A stretch of DNA of 64,000 nucleotides, from positions 196,664,001 through 196,728,000 of the forward strand of contig NC_042998.1 of assembly GCF_006345805.1 (NCBI RefSeq), given 5' to 3'. This DNA comes from Octopus sinensis (lineage: Eukaryota). A program made the translations under genes and the position numbers. The notes below the pieces were generated by a model. It made no database searches, was not told the origin of the DNA, and worked only from the letters and a program-made list of their open reading frames with translations. Of the stretch, positions 1 to 12,679 are shown piece by piece; position 1 is the stretch's first letter, and each line of letters begins with the position of its first letter.

Positions 1-104
1 GGGTTAAAGACATCAACATCCAAGAGTTGGTGATGATTTATCATTAACCCTTTCATTACTGTTATCTATTTTGAGATGCTCTGTATTTCTTCCAATTATT
101 TTAA

Positions 105-600
105 ATCATCATCATCGTTTAGCATCCACTTTCCATGCTAGCATGGGTTGGACGGTTGAACTGGGGTCTGGGAAGCCAGAAGGCTGCACCAGGCCCAGTC
201 TGATCTGACAGTGTTTCTACGGCTGGATGCCCTTCCTAACGCCAACCACTCTGTGAGTGTAGTGGGTGCTTTTACATGCCAGACGAGGCTGGCAAACGGC
301 CACGATCGGATGGTGCTTTTTACATGCCACCGGCACAGGGGCCAGGCGAGGCTGGCAATGGCCACGAACGGATGGTGCTTTTTACGTGCCACCGGCACGA
401 GGCCAGTTGGGGTGGCGCTGGCAACGGCCACGTTCGGATGGTTCTCTTACGTGCCACCGGCACTGGTATCACAGCTGGAATTTCCATTGATGTTCATTGA
501 TTTCGATTCCGATTCTTACTTGCCTCAACAGGTCTTCACAAGTAGAGTTTTGTGTCCTAAGAAGGAAAGGTATGCATAAGTGGACTGGCTACATCCCATG
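105..600 (-). mobile_element. RTE-type LINE 3' UTR copy (dominant (GAT)n-tailed repeat), 5'-truncated
   Basis: Begins with a catcatcatc tail and ccatgctagcatgg palindrome, and has internal ~55-bp tandem units. 440-600 is the reverse complement of the UTR that follows an RTE ORF end at 43060-43825. Confidence 0.8.
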
Positions 601-607
601 TAGAGGC

Positions 608-733
608 CAGTGTTAGGAACATAAATTGTGACTAAGATTTAGTGGAAGATTTGAATTCAAAACTTATGAAAACAAGACATTTATACTAAAGAGCCAGAGC
701 TGGTTTCAGCCAGGTTGGTAACAAAAGGGTTAA
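608..733 (-). mobile_element. Truncated piggyBac-like (TTAA) MITE; duplicated at 1855-1980
   Basis: Ends ...ggtaacaaaagggTTAA; same family as the full copies at 39850-40330 and 52031-52510. Confidence 0.75.
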
Positions 734-949
734 GATGGCTCATCAACGGGCCTTATTCTGGCTAAGAAGCTCTCAGAATAACCTCATCTACTACTGATTA
801 GGCTTACCATTATTTTCAGCTTTAAAACTGACCAATATGATGCAGGGCTTGAAGAGCTATAACATGAAGATTATGTAATGAGGGAGAGCAAGCCTCCTGT
901 ATGCAGTAGTCAGGGGTCTGGAGGATATTTCATTGCAAATATATTAATA

Positions 950-1330
950 CTAGCAGTATTGCCCGGTGTTGCTCGGGTTTGTTTCAACCCTTTAGAATTG
1001 GAACTTTTGAAAAGTAAAAATTTTGCATTATGTAGCTTGTTATTCTCTTTAAGTGAACATTTTTTCTGGTTGAAATTCACCGAAAAATGGCAACACAGCA
1101 GTAAAAAAAGGGACTTTCATAGAAAAAAAGCACCTTTTTGATGTAAATAATTTTTGGTGTTAAATTGGTTCGATTTGAATTTTTTCTTCTACGGAAGGAA
1201 GAGCAAGCCTTCTTCTATCATATTCTCAATTTTGGTCAACTTGCGCCGCAGGGTCTCGGAGGAGATAGTATTAGTTGAAGGCTACCTAACCTGCCATACA
1301 CAGACAACTTCGTCTTTATATAGAGAGAGA
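950..1330 (-). mobile_element. Non-autonomous Helitron
   Basis: Minus strand reads A|TCtctctctatataaag ... cccgagcaacaccggg hairpin ... CTAG|T; no TSD. Confidence 0.8.
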
Positions 1331-1339
1331 TAACTGCTG

Positions 1340-1707
1340 GTGTCATGCAAAAAAATACCTGTGCTGGTGCCACATATAAAGCACATGTGCCGGTGCCACA
1401 TGAAAAGCACCCAGTACACTCTGTAAAGTGGTTGGTGTTAGGAAGGGCATCCAGCCACAGAAACCATGCCAAAAGAGACAAATGGAGCCTGGTGCAGCTC
1501 TAGTCAACCCAGATGTTAAATGACGACGATGATGATAGCTGCATCATCATCGTTTAACGTCCGCTTTCCATGCTAGCATGGGTTGGACGATTTGACTGAG
1601 GTGTGGTGAACCAGACTCCAACCTGATCTGGCAAAGTTTCTACAGCTGGATGCCCTTCCTAATGCCAACCACTCGGAGAGTGTAGTGGGTGCGTTTACGT
1701 GCCACCG
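1340..1707. mobile_element. Two RTE 3' UTR copies tail-to-tail (+ 1340-1535, - 1540-1707)
   Basis: gacgacgatgatgat tail faces catcatcatcgtttaacgtcc. Confidence 0.75.
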
Positions 1708-2196
1708 CACTGGTATCACAGCTGGAATTTCCATTGATGTTCATTGATTTCGATTCCAATTCTTACTTGCCTCAACAGGTCTTCACAAGTAGAGTTTTGT
1801 GTCCTAAGAAGGAAAGGTATGCATAAGTGGACTGGCTACATCCCATGTAGAGGCCAGTGTTAGGAACATAAATTGTGACTAAGATTTAGTGGAAGATTTG
1901 AATTCAAAACTTATGAAAACAAGACATTTATACTAAAGAGCCAGAGCTGGTTTCAGCCAGGTTGGTAACAAAAGGGTTAAGATGGCTCATCAAAGGGCCT
2001 TATTCTGGCTAAGAAGCTCTCAGAATAACCTCATCTACTACTGATTAGGCTTACCATTATTTTCAGCTTTAAAACTGACCAATATGATGCAGGGCTTGAA
2101 GAGCTATAACATGAAGATTATGTAATGAAGGAGAGCAAGCCTCCTGTATGCAGTAGTCAGGGGTCTGGAGGATATTTCATTGCAAATATATTAATA

Positions 2197-2577
2197 CTAG
2201 CAGTATTGCCCGGCGTTGCTCGGGTTTGTTTCGACCCTTTAGAATTGGAACTTTTGAAAAGTAAAAATTTTGCATTATGTAGCTTGTTATTCTCTTTAAG
2301 TGAACATTTTTTCTGGTTGAAATTCACCGAAAAATGGCGATACAGCAGTAAAAAAAGGGACTTTCATAGAAAAAAAGCACCTTTTTGATGTAAATAATTT
2401 TTGGTGTTAAATTGGTTCGATTTGAATTTTTTCTTCTACGGAAGGAAGAGCAAGCCTTCTTCTATCATATTCTCAATTTTGGTCAACTTGCGCCGCAGGG
2501 TCTCGGAGGAGATAGTATTAGTTGAAGGCTACCTAACCTGCCATACACAGACAACTTCGTCTTTATATAGAGAGAGA
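2197..2577 (-). mobile_element. Non-autonomous Helitron (duplicate of 950-1330)
   Basis: Same TC/hairpin/CTAG termini, offset 1247. Confidence 0.8.
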
Positions 2578-3802
2578 TAACTGCTGGTGTCATGCAAAAA
2601 AATACCTGTGCTGGTGCCACATATAAAGCACATGTGCCGGTGCCACATGAAAAGCACCCAGTACACTCTGTAAAGTGGTTGGTGTTAGGAAGGGCATCCA
2701 GCCACAGAAACCATGCCAAAAGAGACAAATGGAGCCTGGTGCAGCTCTAGTCAACCCAGATGTTAAATGACGACGATGATGATAGCTGCATCATCATCGT
2801 TTAACGTCCGCTTTCCATGCTAGCATGGGTTGGACGATTTGACTGAGGTGTGGTGAACCAGACTCCAACCTGATCTGGCAAAGTTTCTACAGCTGGATGC
2901 CCTTCCTAATGCCAACCACTCGGAGAGTGTAGTGGGTGCGTTTACGTGCCACCGGCATGAGGGCCAGTTTGGTGGTACTGGCAACGGCCATGCTCAAATG
3001 GTGCTTTTTATGTGCCGCCTGCACTGGCAACGACCTCGCTCGAATTTTTTTTTTTCCATGTGCCACCCGCACAGGTGCTAGTAAGGCGACGCAGATAACG
3101 ATCATGCTCGAATGGTGTGTTCAACCTGCCATCGGCACAAAGGCCAGCTTGTTGCTCTGGCAACGATCTCACTTGTATGGTATGTTTTCTTAACTGGAGG
3201 AAGTTCCTGGCAAATGCTGTAGTGATACATGTGATCTGATACGAATGTATGATTTTTTTTATCAATTACAGAAACAAGGAATAGAAACAGATGTACAAAG
3301 CAGGTACACTTTACTTGACAGTAGAAGCATGTAAAATATTGTTAAGGAGAACAGGAATGTTTGAAGATAAATTAAACTAAACACATGTTTTATTGTCAAG
3401 TAATATTTTATTTTATCATCCACACTTTCATATTTTTCACTTGAAATTACTTTTCAAAGTAATTCAATGTCATATTTGATATTGTCAGAAAATTCTGAAA
3501 ATCTTAATGGAATATTAATCACCAGAAGGTCCCTAAAAGTATCTTCTGCCATATTGCTCTTCTCTTCCAACCTCATTATTACAGTAAATAATTCTTTAAC
3601 TGGTGCAGAAGTACCAAAGTGACAAAGAGTGTATTCTTCTACAGTACTACCCAGAACTTTTTACTAATGTGGGTCTTTTTTTGCAATGAGCATTAAAACA
3701 AAAACTTTACATTTTCCTCCATAGTTAAAATCCTGTGTCTCCTAAACTTCTGCCTGAGAAGCCCAAAAGCTTTTTGCAGTTAACGACCTCATTGAATAAT
3801 TA

Positions 3803-4128
3803 CTGTGTTTGATGGTGCATATAAGACACACACTTTTCCCACCAAATATCTCTAAAAGATGACCCCAGATCCTGTATGCAAAGTTGGGCCTTATAATGCA
3901 CGTTTTAATGTACTAGAAGCTTTTTGCAGTTAACAACCTCATTGAATAATTACTGTGTTTGCTCGTGTATATAAGACACACACTAAAAGATTACCTCAGG
4001 TCCTGTATGCAAAGTTGGGCCTTATAGCGCATGTTTTAATGCACTAAAAGCATTTTTTCCTGTATATGCACTGCAGAAATGGGGATGCCTCTGATATGTC
4101 TGTGTGTCTTTTATGCCATCAAATAATC
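3803..4128. mobile_element. Degenerate pogo/Tigger-like MITE with internal duplication
   Basis: TA|ctgtgtttgatggtgcatataagacacac is inversely matched by gtgtgtcttttatgccatcaaata; a ~140-bp internal direct repeat includes a second left end at ~3951. Confidence 0.5.
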
Positions 4129-4269
4129 AATGTTTGTTACTTATTTCCCCAAACTTTTGGTTGGTCTTAATTACTGACTAATCAACACTGGGTCAATGTG
4201 TATCCTTTTCTACTCTAGGCACAACGCCCGAAATTTTTTGGGGAGAGGGGGCCAGTTGATTAGATTGTA

Positions 4270-4760
4270 GAGGGTAGTGGGTGCTTTTACATGCCACCAG
4301 CACGAGGGCCAGTAAAGTGGTACTAGCAACGGCCATGCTCAAATTGGGCTTTTTATGTGCCACCTGCACAGGAGCCAGTCCAGCGGCACTGGCAACAACC
4401 TCGCTTGAATGTTTTTTCATGTGCCACCAGCACAGGTGCTAGTAAGGTGATGCAGGTAACAATCACGCTCGAATGGTGCTTTTTACATGCCACCGGCACA
4501 AGTACCCCTCCTCAAATACCTTGCCCCTCTCATCGTCATCATTTATATATATATTTGTCTGTTACAGTACTGCCTGACTGGCCCCCGTGGCACATAAAAG
4601 CACCCACTACACTCTCGGGGTGGTTGGCGTTAGGAAGGGCATCCAGCTGTAGAAACTCTGCCAGATCAAGACTGGAGCCTGGTGCAGCCATCTGGTTTGC
4701 CAGCCCTCAGTCAAATCGTCCAACCCATGCTAGCATAGAAAGCGGACGTTAAATGATGAT
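4270..4760 (+). mobile_element. RTE 3' UTR copy
   Basis: taaaagcacccactacactctcggggtggttggcgttaggaagggcatccagc core and ...gttaaatgatgat tail. Confidence 0.75.
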
Positions 4761-4984
4761 TCTAACCTTTCATCATTTGATACTGGATCACCTCTTCTAA
4801 TGCCCTCTCTACTGTGGAAAGACACCTGCTTCTGTCTTTTTGCCTCTTTGTCACACTCTAACCTTTCATCCTCTGACACAAGTTCCCCTTCTCAAATGCC
4901 CCTGCCCCTCTCATAATTCCTTGTCTTGTGAGTTACTTGGTTACCCTGCCAGTGCTGGTGTTACATTAAAAGCATCTAGTCCGC

Positions 4985-5810
4985 ACTGGCAGTTGATGGA
5001 GTCTGTTTTCTCTATGTTTTCAGCGTTTATTGTACCTGTGCATCTTCCACATACAATAGCTTGTTTCCCTGTTAAACTTCCTTTGATGTTGTTGCACCTT
5101 TTATGTGTCCAAAGCTTACACTGGGTGCATTTTATGGAGTTTCTACCTACACCTTTTCTCCAGATTGAGCAGGGCCATCTACCTGAAGGGATTTGTGATT
5201 TGCCTGCCTTCCTACTTACTAAGACTTTGGGCTTTGCTCAGTTAACTCTAAGGCCATTCAGTTCTAGACCTTGCTTCCACACCTGAAACAGGGGCAGCCT
5301 GTCTTGAATTCCTCTGTTATTGCCAGGAGGACTATAATGAATAAGAGAGGGATGAGGACTGATCCTTGGTGAACCCCTACCTGTACCCTGAATTCTTTGC
5401 TGTGCTTGTTGCCAACCCTCACCTTACTGGTAACATCTCTGTACAAGGCTTGTACAGCTCTCACCAACCACTCGCCTATCCCTAGTTTCCACATTGACCA
5501 CCAGACAAGGCACCGGGTGACCCTGTCAAAGGCTTTCTCCATGCCAACAAAAGCCAAGGACAGAGGTTTATCCATGGCTAGGTATTTCTCCTGCAGCTGC
5601 CTTACCAGAAATATAGCATCAGTGGTGCTTCTCCCTGGAACAAACCCAAACAGCATCTCATCTTGACTAACTCTCTCCCTAATTAGTTGGGTTATGACTC
5701 TCTCCATAACTTTCATCACCTGATCCAATAATTTGATACCTCTGTAATTATTTCTATCTAAAGCATCACCTTTACCTTTGTCGCAGACAATTTGTTGACA
5801 GTGAAAACTG
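4985..5810 (-). pseudogene. RTE-clade LINE reverse transcriptase fragment
   Basis: Translates NYRGIKLL..FGFVPGRSTTDAIF..EKAFDRV..GVHQGSVL; a downstream frame gives WPCSIW.KGVG.NSI.C..C..W.HKRC. The YADD segment is deleted and there are stops/frameshifts. Confidence 0.9.
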
Positions 5811-5901
5811 ATAACACTACCTAATACACATTTGTACATTATATGTGTGTGTGTGTGTGTGTGCAGATGGATGGATGGTTGGATGGATGCATGCATATCT
5901 G

Positions 5902-6900
5902 TGAAATTCCAGGTGTAGAAGAGAAACCTGGAATCAAAAGGCCTTAAAGTTAAATTAGTAAAGACCAAAGTTTTAATTAGCAGGAAAAGAGACAGGATAC
6001 TAATCTCTTCAGGAAAATGACCCGTTCAATATACAGAAGAGGTGTTGGCAGAAATTGAACAAGTTGTACTCAGTGCAAACTATGGATACATAAGAGGTGC
6101 AGTGGAATCAGAGGAAGATTAACAGAAAGTAGATTTGGTTTGTGGAAGGTGCATCATCATCATCATCATCATCATCGTTTCATGTCCGTTTTCCGTGCTA
6201 GCACGAGTTGGATGGTTCGACCAGGGTCTGGGAAGCCAGGAGACTGCACTAGGCTCCAGTCTGATCTGGCAATGTTTCTACAGCTGGATGCCCTTCTTAA
6301 TACCAACCACTCTGTGAGTGTAGTGGGTGTTTTTTACGTGCCAGGGGAAGCTGGCAGCAGCCACAATCGGTTGGTGCTTTTTATGTGCCACCAGCACAGA
6401 AGCCAGTCAAGGCGGTGCTGGAATCAGCTACGTTCGGATGGTGCTTTTTACGTGCCACCAGCACAGGTATCACAACTAGAATTTCCACTTGATAATAAAC
6501 ACTAAAAGCCCAGGTGGATCATTAAAAGCAGTAGATGATAGTTTCTATGATATAGGTGACCTTATTAAGAATGGAGGGTGATGTACTGAAAGTATAGTTA
6601 TTAGAATAAGAACTGGCTGGAGAAAGTTCTGGGAGCTATTGTCTCTGTTGACAACAAAAAGCTTTTCTCAGAGTGAAGGGCAGATTGTATGATGCGTGAG
6701 TACATACAGCTATGCCACATGGTTGTGAAACTTGAACTGTGAATGCAGAGGACATGCAAAGACTAGAAAGAAATGATGTAATTGATCAGTGTGCATGTAG
6801 GAAAAAGTACAAATGTGATGAGGAAAATTTGGCACAAGTGGCATCAGATGTGGTGTGCAGGAGAGAAGATGGTGCTGGTATGGTCATGAGATGCAGATGG
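5902..6900 (+). pseudogene. RTE-clade LINE C-terminal fragment, interrupted by a UTR repeat at ~6146-6490 (-)
   Basis: KFQV*KRNLESKGLK..CTQCKLWIHKRC..; resumes IRTGWRKF.EL..KGRLYDA..NAEDMQRLERND. Confidence 0.8.
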
Positions 6901-6923
6901 ATGAGGAATTCTAAAGATGTTTT

Positions 6924-7080
6924 GGTAAATTATGGGAAGTGCATTTGCACGATTTTCCCTAAGAAAAAAAACTCGGATTTTTTTGCAGCACATTAGGAGG
7001 TCAGGGTACTTGATTCCACGCAAAAGATCCGTTTTTTTTTCTTAGTGAAAATCGTGCGGGTGTACTTCCCATAATTTACC
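6924..7080. mobile_element. Merlin-type MITE (157 bp)
   Basis: ~60-bp imperfect TIRs starting GGTAAATTATGGGAAG; perfect 8-bp TSD gatgtttt (6916-6923 / 7081-7088). Confidence 0.85.
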
Positions 7081-7629
7081 GATGTTTTTATAATTTTTGT
7101 CTTAATAGCGGTAAATTAGAAGAATCGTTAGAACGTCTGAGAAATCAAACCGTATTTAGTTACTCCCCTTTATATTCTGGGTAAAAGCTGATGTCAAGTT
7201 TGGTTTTTTACCCTTCTCAAGCCGATAAAATAAAGTACTAGACAAATATTGGAGCTCAATTAACTCGATCATCTTCCCAAATTTGATATCCTGGGTAGGA
7301 ATTTGGCGAAGAGTTGCCAAGGCGAGGCAAGACTGCATAGAACTCCGGGGAAGTGGGAACTTCTCATAATTCAAGAGGTCGTAAGTTGATTTCTTCAGGG
7401 AGGGAATCACTAGTCACAAGCCCCATATTGGGGCCTCATTAACAATGTACAGGCCAAGCATCACTCTTATTTGAGCAGGATCTGTGCGTATGTTAGGCGA
7501 CGATACGAGCTGGTGGGTGTTCACACACGCTTCGTCATATTGTATAAATATGTAAATGAAAATAAAGTTTTAAAATCACAGATCATACGCTTTCATCGAA
7601 CATTTAAGCTAAATTAGACAAACGGATAC

Positions 7630-7660
7630 CTACAGCGCTAGTAGCTCCGCAACAAGCCAT
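7630..7660 (-). CDS. Candidate first coding exon of a divergent gene (MACCGATSAV+G)
   Basis: ATG at 7660 followed after 31 nt by AG|GTATCC donor; ~470 bp from the FAM76 ATG; no downstream exon found. Confidence 0.25.
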
Positions 7661-7769
7661 TCTCGGTTCCGATTGAGACCAAAGTAATGCCAAAAAATAG
7701 ACAAACTTAAATTTCCATGACAACGCGGTAGAGATACGATAAATCATGGCTATCACGCAGAAATACCGC

Positions 7770-8549
<780 letters not shown>

Positions 8550-9651
8550 TGAACATCATTCATTACACAAAGCTTATATTTTCGCCATCGTACACGAAAT
8601 ATTCCAATGATAGAGATTTCAAAAATTCAAAAATCCTCCCCGATCGTTGTAAATAGCGCCTAATCTCGCCATTGACTGCCTTTCACTGACACAAAACCAC
8701 CGAGAATTTATTCCTTTTTCCTATTTATTCCCTCTCAGTTCTCCTCTCCATTCATCCAAAACACATTTCTGTCATCCTATATCGAACCACTCATCCGTTT
8801 ATTTGTTTTAAATAAAGAATATTTTAATTATGTAACGACGAATGCTTCTTAACAAAACACATCCTCACACACATAAACACACTTGCAGGTTCTTGTTTTT
8901 ATTTTCTCTCGCGGATTAATATTTTTTTCTCATTATTCTTCCACATACAAATTAATATTTCTATTTATCAATGTCTTTCTTTCCCTATCGTCTTTGTCAT
9001 TCCATGTATTTTCCCTCAACTATTTCCATATTTTCCTCTTTAATATTTTTTCAATATTCCAATTTCCTGGAATATTCCGTCCTTTCAACTTTTCGGTGCC
9101 GTTCACCATGTCCCCCCTGTCCGATTGGCACCGGTGACTCACGTTTAAAGGTCCCTAATAATTATTTATTATTGTTTTTTTTTTTTGTCACACTCCCAAT
9201 CAGTCACACCTCTACACAAAAAATTTTAAAAAGATTAAAAAAACAGAAGTACTAGACAAATATTGGATATACAGATGTATATATACAAATATATGTATTT
9301 TCACTCAGTCGCAGAAATACACATATAAATATATATACATATATACACACATCTGCATATACATATATTTCTCCCACTATAAAAATACACTCATTTATAC
9401 TGTCTTCTTTATTCTAATATTCAATCTTGATTGAAATTATCTGCTGATTAAACCAATCTCCTCTTTAAGATTTATAACAGAGGTTTTGGTTTGAAATCTT
9501 TGTTTCCTGGTTGGTAGTTTTACATTAAAATTCCAGAGATCTACTTACCTGGCTAATGAATTGACGTGAGATCGTGTGTTGAAACGAAAAACAATTACAA
9601 TATACCTGTCGCCGCCAAACTATAATCGGCGGACTTTCAGAATAGCTATTA

Positions 9652-9790
9652 CTTATTTCTTTACTACCGACAAGGGGCTAAACACAGAGGGGACAAACGA
9701 GGACAGACAAATGGATTAAGTCGATTATATCGACCCCAGTGCGTAACTGGTACTTAATTTATCGACCCCGAAAGGATGAAAGGCAAAGTC
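9652..9790 (-). mobile_element. tRNA-derived SINE family A, 3' half
   Basis: Reverse complement of gcctttcatcctttcggggtcgataaattaagtaccag...aaagaaata. Confidence 0.8.
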
Positions 9791-10553
9791 GTACTATCTT
9801 ACGGAGGAGGAAACGAGTAAAGAATTCCGTGGTTGTTTCCTTCCGGGAAAGAATTTTTTGTCCAAAATATTTTTTTTTATGTCTTCGTTCCCCCCCAATT
9901 TCGCGCCTTTTTCCAGTGAAGTTTTACCTGTTACACTTCTTTTGGAAAAACGGATAAATACCAAATTTTTGACAATGTCTAACACGTAGGAAAGAGTAGT
10001 GAAAGTTGAAATCGAGCTATCGTCATGGCTTAGAATATAAATAAGATACTTCCTGCATATATTCTAGGTGTGTTTGGTTTTTTTATGAGTCAAACGGAAA
10101 TCCAGTATTTCCGGGTCACTCTTAATTGACGGGCACTGGCGTCATTCAAAGCGAAGTGGGGGGAGGGGTAGTTATTAGTAACCGTCATCGGTCGACCGTC
10201 GGATCTGCTGGAAATAGCAACCAAATCGGCGGAGGTTTGGAATAGGTCGGCCAATTTATGTGGGCGATCCCATTCCGGGACCTCCGCCATCGAATATCCC
10301 CCGAACCATATTTCACCCCCTGAAAAAAATATTGTTAAATAAATAAGGAAGTAAGGTCCATATTCAGTGAAGATTGACCTAGATTAACAACACGGGTCAA
10401 TGACACTCCTTTGTTTACAGTCTGCGTTGATTTATCGAATTATGTCTGTCTCGCATGTTTGAGTGTATTTATATGTATAAATGAGTGTATTTTTATAGTG
10501 GGAGAAATATATGTATATACAGATGTATATATACACACGTGTATATATGTATA

Positions 10554-10734
10554 CTCTTTTACTCTTTAACTTGTTTCAGTCATTTGACTGCGGCCATGCT
10601 GGAGCACCCCAGTACTTATTCTATCGGTCTTTTTTTGTCGAACCGCTAAGTGACGGGGATGTAAACACACCAGCATCGGTTGTCAAGCAATGCTAGGGAG
10701 ACAAACACAGACACACAAACACACACACATATAT

Positions 10735-10791
<57 letters not shown>

Positions 10792-10953
10792 GACAGGCTT
10801 CTTTCAGTTTCCGTCTACCAAATCCACTCACAAGGCATAGGTCGGCCCGAGGCTATAGTAGAAGACAGTTGCCCTAGGTGGCACGCAGTGGGACTGAACC
10901 CGGAACCATGTGGTTGGTTAGCAAGCTACTTACTACACAGCCACCCCTGCGCC
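10554..10953 (-). mobile_element. tRNA-derived SINE family B with internal (TA)n
   Basis: Head gcgcaggggtggctgtgtagtaag on the minus strand; tail gactgaaacaagttaaagag; flanked by a 91-bp direct repeat. Confidence 0.85.
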
Positions 10954-11730
10954 TATGTGTGTGTATTTATATGTATAAATGAGTGTATTTTTATAGTGGG
11001 AGAAATGTATGTATATACAGATGTATATATACACACGTGTATATATGTATATGTATACATATTTATATGTGTGTTTCTGCGACTGAGTGAAAAACCTGTT
11101 TTGATTTTTGTGTTTGCAAAATCCCATGTCGTCACTCTTCTTTCGTCAGCTGTTCAAGTGATTGTAGACGTGTATGGGTAGTAGTATCTAGTGGTTGTAT
11201 TTATGCAATTGAGAAAGAACTGTTGCATCTTCGTTGGCACTAAAACTAAGATAATGCCGATAAACCCGCGCGCATCTTGCTAGGTGGGCGGAAAGTTGTT
11301 ATCAGTGAAGTGTTGGCACCTCAGTATATTATTAACAAAACATTATTAGATCATTGACACTAGTTTTCCGTAAACACTCCTTGAGAGCTGATATTAGTAT
11401 GGTTAGTGAAAGAATGGGAGGTTTGTGAGAAATTTTATATTAAAAGTAGGTCGCTAATAGTGCACAAAATTTGAACGGTAAAATAGGATTTCGTCTTAAC
11501 ATAATCCGCTGATTCCCTTCTAAAAGATCCCTTATAAACTGCTGTGTGTGTCTCACCGCCTTATTTTTATATTTCCGTTTGTTACCAAATTCTTTGTTTC
11601 TTTTATATAATTATCTTTTAGAACAGAAGAACCTGTTAGCTGCAACTCTGTTAATTTGAAGTTTTCAATATAATTTTATACATAAAAGAAAAAATATATA
11701 TATTTTTAAATAAAAACTTTTTCGAAATCG

Positions 11731-11769
<39 letters not shown>

Positions 11770-11784
11770 CGTGTACACACACAC

Positions 11785-11945
11785 ACTCTGAGTTCAAATT
11801 CCGCCGAGGTTGACTTTGCCGTTCATCCTTTCGGGGTCGATAAATTAAGTACCAGTTTCGCACTGGGGTCGATGTAATCGACTCAATCCCTTTGTCTGTC
11901 CTTGTTTGTCCCCTCTATGTTTAGCCCCTTGTGGGCAGTAAAGAA
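11785..11945 (+). mobile_element. SINE family A, 5'-truncated
   Basis: ctgagttcaaattccgccgagg...aaagaaata. Confidence 0.8.
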
Positions 11946-12679
11946 ATATATATATATATGTGTGTGTGTGTGTGTATGTATATATATAATGGTTCCAAAC
12001 TGCGTGATGCAGCTCATGTCGTACCCTGATCACGCATACCTATGATAGAATATATTCCAATCGTGACCCTCTCGTTTATTTCTCCACATAATCAGACTAT
12101 CCACAGTGTTTGTTTGTTATATAAGACTGTAAAAATAGGATTGGTGGGAAAGTTAGCAGCTGTAGACAACAACATCGTTTCTGCTTCTAAATTTGGAGAA
12201 CAAGTAAACAAACGAACTCGGCCGTTAATTAGTGCGCGACACGCACTGTAACGAAGCCATTCTCTTTAGTATTTTTGTTGATAATAACTGTTTGTGAATA
12301 ATATACGACGAGAAACTAGACAGTTCGTATTTGCTCTACTTTCTATTGTTTTCGACCAGTTTTGCCTGCTGGCTTTTAACATTTTTACATTTAGCGCCAA
12401 TTTCAGTTTCAGAAATGTATCAAATTATGGCGAATTTCGTTTTACTTTTTTTTGTTACCATCTTCTGCTGCATTAAATTCTCTGGTGCTTTGGGGTCGAC
12501 TTTATCTCTCATCCGCCAGGGCCTGATGATTATAGAAGCATCAGTCGTGCGGGGGAGGGGGTTGATTTAAACGCCTGGCGCCCCCTAGATCCGTCCCGAA
12601 TCTGTGGATTTTGTATCCCTGTTCGCAATTATTGACAGAATCGTTGGAGCGTCAGACAAAATTCTTTGTGGTATTTCCG

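Larger units (their letters stand above)
461..2954. repeat. Tandem duplication, 2 x 1247 bp (461-1707, 1708-2954)
   Basis: Near-identical copies; ORF pairs 878/2125 and 1236/2483 are offset by exactly 1247; about 7 substitutions seen by eye. Confidence 0.95.

Noticed and set aside
780-930. Minus-strand exon ending at the G|GTAAGC donor (~807)
   Set aside because: No acceptor and frame combination compatible with the candidate divergent first exon, and no recognisable homology.
7192-7602. Solo LTR (TG...CA, TATA-like and AATAAA motifs)
   Set aside because: No 4-6-bp TSD, no second copy, no PBS or PPT.
9542-9553. U1 snRNA 5' end (tacttacctggc)
   Set aside because: The match stops after about 12 nt; it is simply the complement of a minus-strand splice donor.
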